This document shows positions 37,403 to 49,690 of a stretch of DNA of 64,000 bases, piece after piece (positions within the stretch are counted from its first letter, which is position 1; each line of letters opens with the position of its first letter). Location: contig NW_024704743.1 of NCBI RefSeq assembly GCF_018977255.1, forward strand, positions 27,034,001 to 27,098,000, given 5' to 3'. The translations under genes and the position numbers were made by a program. The notes beneath the pieces were generated by a model. That model did not search any database. It worked only from the letters and a program-made list of their open reading frames with translations, and was not told the origin of the DNA. The stretch comes from Callorhinchus milii. Lineage: Eukaryota.

Positions 37403-40239
37403 CAGCGTTAATTAATTGTTGATACATGAGCAGCCAGTCATCCAGATAATCCTCTGGCGTTTGCTATCAAAGACAGCTCCAAAGTCGCCTTTTCCATTTA
37501 GCCATTAATCTCCTGGATCTGTGCAAGAGGTTAGGTGTGAATTAGTGCAATCTTACATGACAGCCTTGTAAGCACTTTTCCCCAGGCTACCTTTTTGGTT
37601 CTGTGTAGTGCAGTCCAAATGAGAGAGAGAGCTAATGAGAGAGGCAGGGAGAAAATTAGACCTCTATCAATGATGCTTTCCTGGAGTCCTGCAGTATGGT
37701 TAACTCACTGTCAACTTCAGCTCAATTATATGACTCGAAAACTTCACTCACAAATTTGCTACAACCAAGTCCCTAAAGTACTAATTCCATCTTCCTTCTT
37801 TGGTTCCACAGTTGATCTAATCCCTAATATTCACACAAGCACCCACAATATATACACCTGCTTCGAACACACATTCTTATGTACTTATCTGAGGGTACAT
37901 AGACCATCTGAGCCAATTGCTGTTATCACACAAATGCTTAGCAGCCAAAGTCAATAGAAAAATGATTATCAGGAGAAAAGGGTTTTCCCTTTTACCAGCC
38001 GAAAGATAATAAAGCCATTTGTAGCGATCCCGCCATTGCCTCCATCACAAGTCTACCCCATCCAAGAATGTCCAACTCAACACTGTCCAAAGATTGAATA
38101 GGAGGATGGTAGGGTGGGTATTCTGGAAGTTTGTGATCGGAAGGGCCCTCTTCACCTGGACCAATGTTCAGATTAGGAAATGTTTTGATCAATAACACAA
38201 GTAGTGATGACAAGTACTGCTTTCAGCCCCATTGTATCACCAAAATACTCGGCAATGGTAGAAAGAGTGCCCAAGGTATTTTTCAGCAAAAACATCAACT
38301 TGGAATAACTGAGAGGATGGAATGAAGAACAAATACTTTTCATAACAATACAATATAAATGTACATGTATTAGTGTATATCATGTCAGGAGAACATCCCA
38401 AGGCTCTACAATAGTGAAAAAAAACTCTGCAAAGGTATAAAACATTCCTCACTTTATACAAGAACTGATTTGTTTTGTTTTCTCATTGTAAGCATGGAGT
38501 GTAAATTTCACTCTTGTCTTTTAACTTGGTAGGTCAGGGTATTAAGGGATATGGGATGAAAGTGAGAAATTGGAATTGAAAGGATTAGTTGAGGTACAGA
38601 TCACACATGATCTAATTAAATAGTGGAACAGGCTTGAAGGCTGAATGGCATCCTCCTGTTCTTATGTTCCGAACTCCATAATGACCTAATCTCTAATGTT
38701 GCTGATTTGCAACTGGAGAATATCTGGCAAATGGGGTTGTGGAGTCATAAATGTTTGGAAGGTCTAGCTGATTTTTACTGTAATCTGCATGCAATATTTC
38801 TAAACTGGCCTAATGCTTCAACCACAACAAGCCTCCCCCATAGAGGATTAGTGGTAATTTGGTATAGTTTGATCATCATCCCAACAGAAATGAATATGAA
38901 AGTATAGCAAACACTTCCAGCTCTGTTCAATAGTATCACCATGGTGATGCAACTCCTCATGCACATTAGTTGCAAGAAAAGCTTCTTTGCAGCAATTTTA
39001 AAATATGAACTAACAGAAATGTTTCTATTAACCCTTTATATCCTGCACCTGGCTGCTCCCTCCACTCAGCCAACTCAACCTGCTTCATGTCCCCGGCCCA
39101 CTCTACTGCCTGTCAGTGCATGAGCCTTCAGCCACTTTGCCCTCTCCCTCTGGAAATCCCTCACAAAATCCCTCAAACTTGCTCCTTTCCTCACGACTTT
39201 CAAATCCCTCCTGAGCACCTACCTATCCATAACCACTGCACACTAACACCCCCCTCCCAGCCCCCCCCAACCCCATCCCATTCCTCCCAGCTCAGCATCC
39301 GCTCGGTCCTCATTAAAACTGCTTTGAGATTTTCTACCAGTATGGAAGGTGCTATATAAGTGTAAATTGCTGTTTTAACAAGCAATTTGCTTTGATACCA
39401 TTGCTGTGGAAACAATACATTGTAAGTCATTTGACAAATGTTTTAAGGTCTTTTGCTCAATTTCCTGTACCTGGACAACAATCACCCAATATAAAATTGG
39501 TCACTCACTCCATAACCATTTGAGGGACATTAGTGTGCACAAAATTGGCTGCCACATTCACCCACAAAATACAGTCATATCAATTTACAGTATATCCTGT
39601 GAAGCCCCTTTAAATATCTCGATGACTTGATAAAGCACTATATCAAGTGCAAGTTGAATTATTATTATACAGAAAAACCTTATCACACCAAAACGCCTAA
39701 AAATGCTTTATAATAATTACAGTCAAGTGTAATGACATTTTTTGTAGACAAATGTGACAACTATTTTGCACATTCCAAGATCTTCTAAACAAGCCATAAG
39801 GTGAATGATCAATTTATCTGGAGGATTGTTGGCCAGAGCCCTATTTTCAGACAAATAAGCTGTTTTTTAGCCAGGTTTAAATTGCTACCAATATACATTT
39901 ACTGTTAAGGTCAATTGCATCCAATTTGTGACTACACTATTTCCAGCTTTTTCTATGTTGTTAATAATTCTACTGAAACCCTTGTCCCTGTAAGTCCACC
40001 AATTCTTTACCTTTCAGCTCAAGTACATGACTCTGAAACCTCACTCATTTTACAGTAATAATGCTGCTCAACCATAAGGACAGCACTGAACTGTGTTGCT
40101 ATAGCAATTGAGGTGCTGCAATTGATAAATTTGAAAGCTCACTTTCTACTTGTGAAAGTCAGCCTGCCTGTGAAGCCAGAAGTTGTTGTGGCAGAACCAA
40201 CCTGATGCAATTTTTATAAATCCAAAACATAGTTTAGAT

Positions 40240-41186
40240 TCTCAAACAACTGCGCCTTCTCCAACCTCCCTTTCCTGTCCAAGGTCCTGGAACAAGTTGT
40301 TGCTTCCCAGCTTTGCTCCTTCCTCTCCCGCCGTTCCCTTCACGAACTCCACCAATCGGGTTTCCGTGCCATCCACAGCACAGAGACAGCCCTGGTCAAA
40401 GTGGCAAATGACATTCTGTCCATCTACGACCAGGGCTCCCTCTGCCTCCTCATCCTCCTTGACCTCTCTGCTGCCTTCAACACTGTCGACCACTCTATCC
40501 TCATTCGCCGCCTCTCCTCTCACCTCAACATTCACGGCTCTGTCCTTGACTGGTTCCGATCGTGCCTCCACTTCTTCTCCACAAACAGTTTCTCCTCTAG
40601 TCCCACACCATCTTGTGCAGCGTTCCTCATGTCTCTGTCCTTGGTCCCCTCTTCTTCAATAACCATGTGCTCCATCTTGGTGACATCATCTGCAGACTTG
40701 GGGATCAATTTCTACATATATGCGGATGACACCCAACTGTACCTCTCTGCTTCTATTCACCCAGAGGATACAGTTCAAGATCCTCGTCTTCATCTGCAAA
40801 GCCCTCCATGGTCTTGCTTCCCCCCTACCTCTGGGACGTCTCTACCCTCTACCATCCTGCTCGTTCCCTCCCAGCAGCAGGTTCCATCCTGCTTCACGTC
40901 CCCCGCCTTGCTCACTCCACTATTGGCAGGTGGGCCTTCTACCACTCTGCTTCCACCCTCTGGAACTTCATTCCACAGTCCCTCCACCTCATTCCCTTCC
41001 TTGCCTCTTTCTAGACCCATCTCAAGATCCTCCTCTTCGACCGTGCTTTTGACCCCCTGCCCCACTCTGCCCTCCACCTTCCCGATCCCAACCCCCTGCT
41101 CGGGTCCAAAACTCTGACTGTCCAGTGCCTTTGCATGTCCTCCCGACGTGAAAGGCGCTAAACAAATGTAATTTTGTTGTTGTTGT
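40240..41186 (+). mobile_element. L2 LINE with internal deletion
   Basis: LLDLSAAFNTVDH, then [10 protein letters not shown] followed directly by QRIQFKIL. Terminal stem-loop and (TTG)n tail. Confidence 0.9.
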
Positions 41187-41489
41187 AGATTCACTAGTTC
41201 CTTTATTTAAATCTTACATTGCCACTCTCTTCCCAGAATCTTTTATGCTTACTTCTCATTGTCAATGTCCAATTAGCACTAAAGTTATTAAAGCAATATG
41301 TAACTGATATTGTCTCGCTGACTGAATTGGATTTTATGCTCCTTAAATTGCACTTATAATGGAAAGTTTGCTTCAATTCAACGTGAAAATCACACCACCT
41401 CCCACAGTAACACTCAATTCTTTTTTCAGTCTCTACCCGTAATACCTCCAGGACCTGTTCTGATGGAAGAGTCTCTTGATCTTTAACGT

Positions 41490-41670
41490 CCATCAGAAAA
41501 GGCAGACAGCATTTTGGTTTATTGTCTAATTCAAATGACAGAATCTACAACAAGAAATACTTTTCAGCATTGCACTGGGGTGTGAGCTCAAAGTCCCAGG
41601 GTGGAGATTGAACCCACAATCTTCTAACTCAGAGACAAGAGTGCCACCAAGTAAGCCATGCTCACACCTG
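41490..41670 (-). mobile_element. DeuSINE-type 5' portion
   Basis: Decayed tRNA-like head and core, similar to 19500-19686. Confidence 0.6.
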
Positions 41671-43004
41671 CTTAGCAGCAGTGAATAAAGGTAAGTCCTT
41701 AGTTAGGAAAAGAGATGCTAAATAAAGAAATCAGAAAATATTGGTGTTGCTCCTTATGGCTTTCTTTGCCTTAATTGACACAAGGAATACCTTAAGAAAT
41801 ACCGCAAATGTTGTCCTTATTCCAAAATGAGAATAATTTGACTTTGCTAGACCCTTACCGGGTCTGGTGTTACTAAAAAAAAATCATAAGTAGAACATTT
41901 GGTTACTTAATCTTCTAACAACATGTGAGGGGGTGGAGGGGTTGGGGGGAGGAAACCTGTGTTTACATAAAAGGGGATGCCGAGACTCCTGAACTCTGCA
42001 CAGCACGTCAACCTAAATCAAGAGAATAGTCAGTCAGTCTGCAGTGAAGTGTGAAGTCTGCTCCCTGCCCAGTCCAGCCTCAGACTGAACCCACACTCAA
42101 ATCTATGTATTCCGTGCGATTATTTTATATCCTGTGGGCTGACCATGTCCTGTTGATCTCTCTGCTCCCAGTCTTGGTGAGTCCATTTGACTCAATTCAC
42201 TTTGCAGTATATTCTGTGGAGCGCTTTGAGACATCTCAAAGACATAATAAGGTACTATATCGAATGCAAGGAGTATTATTATTATCATTATCAAATGCAA
42301 GGATTATTATTATAATTATTATCTTTAAGCAATCCCAGAATTCTGGGTTGCTTGAGTTGACCAAAGAAAATGGCAAAGAATCATGCACCTTTTTACTTTG
42401 TTAAAGCTGACTATATACACATATGCATGAAGGCCAATGATAATGGAAAACATGTGAAAGAATACTTATAGAACAAAGCTTTCTTCAACACCATCATGGG
42501 TGGACAAAGACAACTATGGATATTTGTGAAGGGATGAGACTGTCTAATTCAAAAGATGTTTTTAGTAAAGCTAAATTCCAGATATCTTGACAAGGTCGAT
42601 GTGTACGTCTTTACTAGGTAAATTGTAAGGATAATTCTCAACGAAGGGGAAGAGCTGAGCTTAAAGTGAAGAACTGAGTTTGTGAACGGAGCAACTGATC
42701 ACAACCAATCTTGAGGAAAGAGATAGATTACAATCAACATGGATCGACGCAACAAGTCGACTGATCCCTCAAAGCCACTATATTGATCCGATCAACCCAT
42801 TGCAGTGAACTTTACTAACTTATTGTAAGAATTAATTTGATTACTAACCCATTGGAAGAATTTATTTCATATGATGAAATGTATAATTTTGATAATGGGT
42901 AACTTTGCTAATCTTTTATTAAATTTTACTACTTAACAGGAAATTTGTGTCAGATCATACTTCACTGCAGGCTCTCGACTTTAAATAATCCTTACATATC
43001 TGCA

Positions 43005-43991
43005 AGCTCCCTCTCAGCAATGTCATCCATAGACATGAGGTCAACTTCCACATGTATGTGGATGACACCCAAATCTACTTCTCCTGCAGCTGTGACTCCC
43101 AGTCCGCTGATGTTCTATAAGCTGGTTTGACTGACATGAAAGCCTGGATGAGTGCTATTTTTCTGCAGTTGAATGTTGACAAGACGAAAGTGATACTCAT
43201 TGGCTCCTTAATCTCCTGGAGCTCTCCCTTAGACTCACCAAACCTGTGCGCAACTTAGGCACCAGATTCTATTAACAGCTTTCCCTACTATCCAACATCC
43301 ATTCCCTAACCAGGGCTGCTTTTTTTCCACCTCTGTCTCATTGCCTGCCTCTGTCTGTACATCACAATGAATGCAGACGAAACCTTCATGAATGTCTTCG
43401 TCACTTCTTGGCTGCATTATTAAAATGCCCTCCTCGCTGGTATCATCAGCTCCAACGTAAAAAAAATTAAAGTAATTCAAAACTCCGCTGCTCGGATTCT
43501 CACCTGTGCAACACTCCATATCCCCATCACAACAGTCATTGCCAGTCTCCACTTGCTCCCAATTGTTGAATGGATCAATTTCAGGATCCTCTCGCTAGTT
43601 TTCAAATCATTGATGACCTTACACCTTCCTACCTATCTGGTCTGCTTAACCCCCACCCCCACTCCACCATCCCCTGCCTCTGCTCGGCTGGCTCCAGCCT
43701 TCTACTTGTCCCTAGTCCCCTCTGTTGCACCATCGGTGGACATGCCTTTAGCCATTTTGCCCCAAAACTCTGGAACACATTCCCTCAATCCCTCTGCCTT
43801 GACCCCTTACTCCTTTTGCCTTGACCCTTCACTCCCCACCTTCAAATCCTGCCAAAAGATCTTCCTTTTCTCATGCTCATGGTCACCTATCACCTTCCTC
43901 TCCACCTGGCTCATCATCAGATTCTGCTACTGAGAAGCTCTCCAGGACTCTACCTTGTGTGTAGGGCGCTATATAAATGCAAGTTATTGTT
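43005..43991 (+). mobile_element. Decayed L2 (older subfamily)
   Basis: aacttccacatgtatgtggatgacacccaa (FHMYVDDTQ), LPIVEWINFRIL, and a tail at about 43980. Confidence 0.85.
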
Positions 43992-44029
43992 GAGCCAGTT
44001 CAGCTCCAAGGAGTTGCTGCTATTCCCAT

Positions 44030-44365
44030 CCCCCCACTACCCCACCTAGGAGAACAGTTCTCCAGATATATATTCAATGAGAATCCTGTAATACCCATAC
44101 CTATTCACAATGAATGGAAGACAGTGCATGTGAATATGTGAATTGGAGGGCCCAAGACTTGAGAGGTAAATATTTCTCTATGTTTTAGAGACTTTGTTCA
44201 ATAGAACTCTATGTCAACAAATGTACATGAACTCAGATGCCCTGCTCAGACCTTGACTCCTCTCCTTGGTCCAATGGAACTATGGGCCCTTGCTGCCACT
44301 CTAGCTGCAACCTGGGTTTAAATTGTTTTTCCAGGGCTCTTGTTACAACCCTGAGCCACAACCTT
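44030..44365 (-). mobile_element. Old non-LTR family fragment (inverse copy of 7450-7800)
   Basis: Collinear reverse-complement similarity. Confidence 0.65.
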
Positions 44366-44750
44366 GTATATGGCTTAAATTAGTTGGCTAAGTTCTTGGG
44401 AAATACAACATCCCTCTCTCCGTCAATCCCTCCACCTTGCCCTCTCCTTCTCTACTTTGAAATCCCACCTAAAGATCATACTTTTTGACCGTGTTTAGAG
44501 TCACCTCCTCCTTTCATCTCCCGTGGCTTGGTGTCAGACTCTGCCACTGTCAAATGCTGCAGGACACTACCACGCATGAAGGGCACTGAATAAATGCAAG
44601 TTATTGTTGTTGTTCCCTGAAAGGAAACAAGAAGCCATAAAGGATGTGGAAATAAATGGAAACCCTAAATCATCCTCAGCAGTTTCCCAATATTAGCAGA
44701 AATAGTGTAGATCTCCCTTTCTTAGATTTGCACACAGCAATGTCCCACAA

Positions 44751-45073
44751 ATAATAATAATAATAATAATCCTTGCATTTGATATAGCGCTTTTCACGTC
44801 GGGAGGACGTCCCAAAGCGCTTCACAGAACACATTGTAAAGTGAATTGACTATATATTTGTGGGCGAACGCGGCAGCCAATTGCGCACAGCAATGTCCCA
44901 CGAACAGTTGTAGATTGAAAATGACAATTTTTATTATTGTTTTTGGTTTTTGGAGGGATTATTATTAGGGGTGTGGAGTAAGGAAACTTGCCCAAGGTTT
45001 CGCCCTGCCTGGAATTGATCTCAGGTCTCTCGCTTGCAAAGCGAGTGCTCTAACCACTGAGCTACAGGACTCC
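44751..45073 (-). mobile_element. Full-length tRNA-Ala SINE inserted into an older DeuSINE (host about 44725-45250)
   Basis: Near-identical to 11102-11434. CCACAA occurs at 44745-44750 and 45072-45077. Confidence 0.95.
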
Positions 45074-45254
45074 ACAACAACCATGAAGTGAATGCCCAAT
45101 TTTATTTGGGTGACTGATGGCCAGGGGGCAGCAGGAGGAAAGCTCCCTTTTCTTTTCGAGTAGTGCCATGAAATCTTTAAATTCCACCCAAACAGATAGA
45201 GACCTAGCTTTAAAGTCTCATTTGAAGAACATACCTTCAATGCAGCACAAAGCC

Positions 45255-45730
45255 AGAGAGATAGATAGAAAGGGTGGGAAAAAGAGGGAGGGAAGGAGTG
45301 GAGAGAAGGAGGAAAACAAATTTGATTCATTATGATGGAAGGCAACGAGAGAGAATGAGGAGAAAGTGGGGGAAACAAATGTGGGTGAATGTGACGGTGA
45401 TATATAAGAATGAGCTAAAAGACAGAAGAGTGAGTGTCACACACAAAGAAGATACAGAGTTTAAATGACTGAGTTTGAAAGAGGGAAGAGTGAGAATGTG
45501 AGCAAAGAGCAAGATGAGAAAGAACAAGTGAGAGTGAGACAATTTGCAAAACAGAGAGAAGGCGAGTCTAACAGAGAAGCACCGACACAAAGACTGAGTG
45601 AGACATACAGACAGAAGAAACCTACATAGAGGCAGGATAGGCACAAGAACCTACACAGTGACAGGATAGGCAGAGAAAGTAGAAAGAGAAAAGAAGTGAG
45701 GGAGAGACAAACAGAAAGACACAGAAACAA
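45255..45730. repeat. Purine-rich (GA) low-complexity tract
   Basis: Dense gaga/aga/caga runs; a similar tract lies at about 53500-53670. Confidence 0.7.
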
Positions 45731-45757
45731 AGACTAATTCACAAACAAAATATAGTT

Positions 45758-46244
45758 CAAAAACAAAACAAAACTCATCTGGGTCCTGGACATAGGTTTT
45801 CTCTCTCTGGTCTGCCTCTTTTGTTGCAATTTTCCCCCACCACCACCTTTGTTTTGCATTATTAACAACTCTTTTCCCCTGTTTTGTTGCAATCCCCTCT
45901 TTGTTTTGCATCATTAACACCTCTTTAACCCATCATCCCCTGTCCTCTACCCCATTTCTTCTTTTGTCTTCCTTGCCCTTCCTCCCCCCTCTCTGTTAGT
46001 CTTAAAAGCATCTCCCTCCCAAAATGCCCCAGTTCTAACAAAGGGTCATGGACCCAAAACATTGACTCTCTTTCCTTTCTTCATAGATGCTGTCAGCGCC
46101 TTGGGACGTCCTCCCGACGTGAAAGGCGCTCTATAAATGCAATCTTGTTGTTTTTGTTGTTGTTGTTGTTGTCAAGCAGGCTGAGTGTTCCCAGCAATTC
46201 TGTTCCTGTTTCAGATTTCCACATCTGCAGTATTTTATGTTTTG
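45758..46244 (+). mobile_element. Penelope-type 3' region with 14-bp TSD, decayed hammerhead (46031-46067) and nested L2 tail (46093-46171)
   Basis: AACAAAATATAGTT occurs at 45744-45757 and 46245-46258. A pyrimidine-rich UTR ends cagatttccacatctgcagtattttatgttttg. Confidence 0.8.
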
Positions 46245-47519
46245 AACAAAATATAGTTGTTCTCTTTACTAACAATCTTTCATTCCTAGATAAGCCCTCC
46301 TCCCTTCTGCCTGTCCTGCGATGGATGACTTTACCACTAATTTTATAAGGTAGCTTGAGGAGTATTTGCCCACAAAGGTGAATGTGTGTGTTTTCCCATG
46401 GGTTCTCTTTGAGGATGTGTTGATATTTTAGGCCTAGAGAGAGAATTTCCCTTTTGACCACTTGACTTTTGAATGGAAAAATGAAGTCTTCTTTGTGAAG
46501 GTCAATAGACTTTGGTGAAACTGAAACTGAATTAAGACTGTTTTATTTCAGCGATTTTTTTATTTGTGGCAAGTCTCTGATCTAATTTCATTTCAATAAA
46601 AAGCAGTTATAAATTTTAAGTGCCTGCGATCAATGATATATAATAAGAAAAACAGTCAATTCTGGAACTGGAAGATAACTCTTCTTAAGTTCTTTTGAAG
46701 CATTTTATAGAACTTTGATCCTGCAAGTAACAGCCCGGCTGAGTGAAGCTCTAACAAAAATATTTCAGAAAAGATATACATTGATAAATATTTAAGGGAA
46801 TTTTTTTTAACCAGAGATATATCTATATGCATTCCTTATGTGTGCATTCATGTCCACTTATAAAATTAGTTCATAGTTAAAGAGAGACTTTGGATGTAAA
46901 TCAAAAAAGCTAGCATTTGAGAATTATAAGCACAGTAGAGAATATCCAACATGTTTCTCCAAGAACATTGTTTTGCATTTTCTGAGAAAGGGACATAAAA
47001 TATACATCTGTCAAAATTATATAATGGGAATAAAAGTGTCCCTATAGATTGGAGATCTAAGCCATCATAATCTCCCAGACATGAGCAGCAGACTGCAGTC
47101 AATAATGTATTTAACATTCGGTGCTGTTATAATTAAACTAACCACTGAACAGAACGACTTGTTGAATCAGTATAATTGGAGAAGATCCTTCAGGCATAGA
47201 AAGGTGCTTTACACACCTCTGTGGCCAGCCATGACAGATCAATGCGGTGATCATCATTCAAAATCAGAATGTTACAGACTGCTCTTCATCCTGCTATTTG
47301 CAACATGTCAATTTAAAACAAATTGAAGAGCAAATACAAAATCTTTGTTGATATTTTACCAGTTGACAAACAGAGTACATGATATGCAATGAGAATCCAC
47401 CTCTGACCCCACTACTGTACAATGCTCCAAGACAATTTCCTATGTGAAGGGCATTATATAATTGCAAGTTGTTGTTGCTGTTGTTAAGAAAGCAGTACAA
47501 GTTATGCAAAGTAATAGAA

Positions 47520-47880
47520 TACAATATGAATTTACATTTATATAGTACCATTCATGTTGGGAGGATGTCCTGAAGCTATTATCTGGCTGGGCACGCAAGA
47601 TGGGGCTGGGAGCTGAAGGTAGGGGCAAGAAAGCATGTTTGAAAGAAAGGTAGGTCTTGAGATCTAAATGAAGAAGGGAGCGAGTAGGAATGGTGTTCCA
47701 GAGAGTGGTGGCTAAAAGGGTCAAAGCCGGTCTGCTGAAGGTGGGGATGGTAGGGAACGAGAAGCAGGATGATGCTTACTGAGCAGCCAGGTTGGTAGAG
47801 TTTGGAGGAAGTAGGGAGGATAGATAGGGATGGGGCGAAACCATAGAGGGATTTTGTAAATTTGATTAGAAACCTTATGT
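47520..47880 (-). mobile_element. Decayed L2 3' end
   Basis: Tail catgttgggaggatgtcc, with KSLYGFAPS and TLWNTIP remnants. Confidence 0.7.
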
Positions 47881-48214
47881 ACAAGAATTTGGGTTTCAGT
47901 CAAGTCGAACTTCAGTTTCAGTTGAAGCCTTGTAATATACTCACTGATTTGTGTCTTGCCATTCCACAAGACCTCTTATATCTTGTGCTTCCAGTTCTCT
48001 TCCACTGGTGTGTTATAACAAAACAGTGAAACAAATGTGTAGGCTGGAATTCCTATCAGCACTCAAAGCAGCAACATTGTGGGATGTCTTCCTATGTGAT
48101 TTCCCCACTTTAATTGTGTATCATCATTGTTGCTATATGGAATGGCGACAAAGTTTTCAGCCCCATGATAACATGAAACACAGAAGAATCCTGTTACCCT
48201 GCTAATGATATGTA

Positions 48215-48560
48215 AGCTAGGGCTCTTCATTCTTGAGAGAAGACTCAGACGGGACCCTATAGAGGTGTATGTAATATTTTCAATGGGATTGACAAACTAA
48301 ACACAGTTCAATACTTTAGAATGTATCAAGGCAGTAGAACAAGAGGACAACGGTTTCGATTTGTAAAGGGCAATTTCAGGACAGATACCAGTGAATGTTT
48401 CTTAAGTAGATGTAATCTATGAATGGAAAAAGTTGCCAGGAAAGATGGTAGAGGCCAGGACACTGGACTCATTTGAAAAACAGCTTGATGCAGTGACGGG
48501 GAGATGGCAGGATGGGTGTACCGGAGGGTTGAGATCAGATGAACCAAAGGGCCTTCTTCA
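48215..48560 (+). mobile_element. CR1 ORF2 C-terminus/3' end
   Basis: LGLFILERR..IEVY, RTRG, LPGKMVEARTLDSFEKQLD. Further CR1 3' pieces lie at about 38530-38670, 49715-49970, 52010-52160 and 55750-55915. Confidence 0.8.
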
Positions 48561-49622
48561 TCCAGACCGATCTTGTGAGATGGACCCACATCAATCCTGC
48601 AGGCTATTTACTTGTCCAGATGCTGCCTTTAATACCTTGGAGAATCCTGGTGTTGTCTGTTATGGATGGGGTGGATCTGAATGAAAGGCAGCACATCAAA
48701 TGTATGTGCAACCCTATCGGATTCCTATCCGCTCCAAAAGACTGCTTACAAATTTAGCCTGCATTCTACCCGACTGAACCTCTCCATCTTCCAAAGTTAT
48801 TTTTGGACTTGATTCCTTTAGACCTGCAGGTAAAAAGGTACACTCTGCTCCTCCAGTCACTTTATAAACCACCCCCGCCCCCATCCCAACACCCACACAT
48901 ATACCACAAAACAATCAGCTATTTAATGGGTAAGTAAGAAACCTGCTTGTAGAAGTGCTGTTGTTATTGGTTAGTCAGTATCTGAAATATGCAGAATCCC
49001 ATAATCGTGTTTAAGAGCATCGGAACCATACTACGAATGATAGAAACTTACAGTGTAGAAGAATACCATTCAGCCCAGTGAGTTCTGCGCTGGCTCTCAG
49101 AGCAAGATGTCCTTTCAATCGCACTTGGGGTCCTGATGGATTTTAACCAGCTAAAACTGTACATAAAAGACCGCCTGCCAATCTTCTCACTGCTTGTCCA
49201 GCATGGGCCATCTAATCCATCAGTTGTTGCTTTGCAGAGTTACCAGGAGCTGAGTGGAAAAAATCCCTGCCCCCAATCTGTCCATCTAAATCCTACAAAT
49301 GAGCCAGTTACAGAGATTTGACATTCCTTTACCAAGCATATCAGCTTGGAGTCAGTCAGCTATGGCCCAAGGACACCCAGTTTACTGTCCCTCCCTCCCT
49401 AGAGATGGTATCAAGTTGGTCATTTGACATATGACAAGTATGGGTTTGAGCTTTCACTAAGTGTAGAGCAAATCTCAGTGAGTAGTAAAACTTAACATCA
49501 AATGTTACCATCCTGCTGCCCACAACTGAGAGATATATCTTTACCCATTGAGTTGAAAGTGGATGCTTCAATAACAGTTGTTTACCAATCATGGTGGATT
49601 CCCTCCAGTAGCTATCGTCCCG

Positions 49623-49690
49623 TCAGCGCTTTGGGTCGTCCTCCCGACGTGAAAGGCGCTCTATAAATGGAATCTTGTTGTTGTTGTTGT
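49623..49690 (+). mobile_element. Ultra-short young L2 tail
   Basis: tcagcgctttgggtcgtcctcccgacgtgaaaggcgctctataaatggaatc(ttg)n. Confidence 0.85.

Noticed and set aside
45117..45730. Lys/Arg/Glu-rich and Leu/Ser/Phe-rich ORFs
   Set aside because: These are translation artefacts of GA-rich low-complexity DNA.
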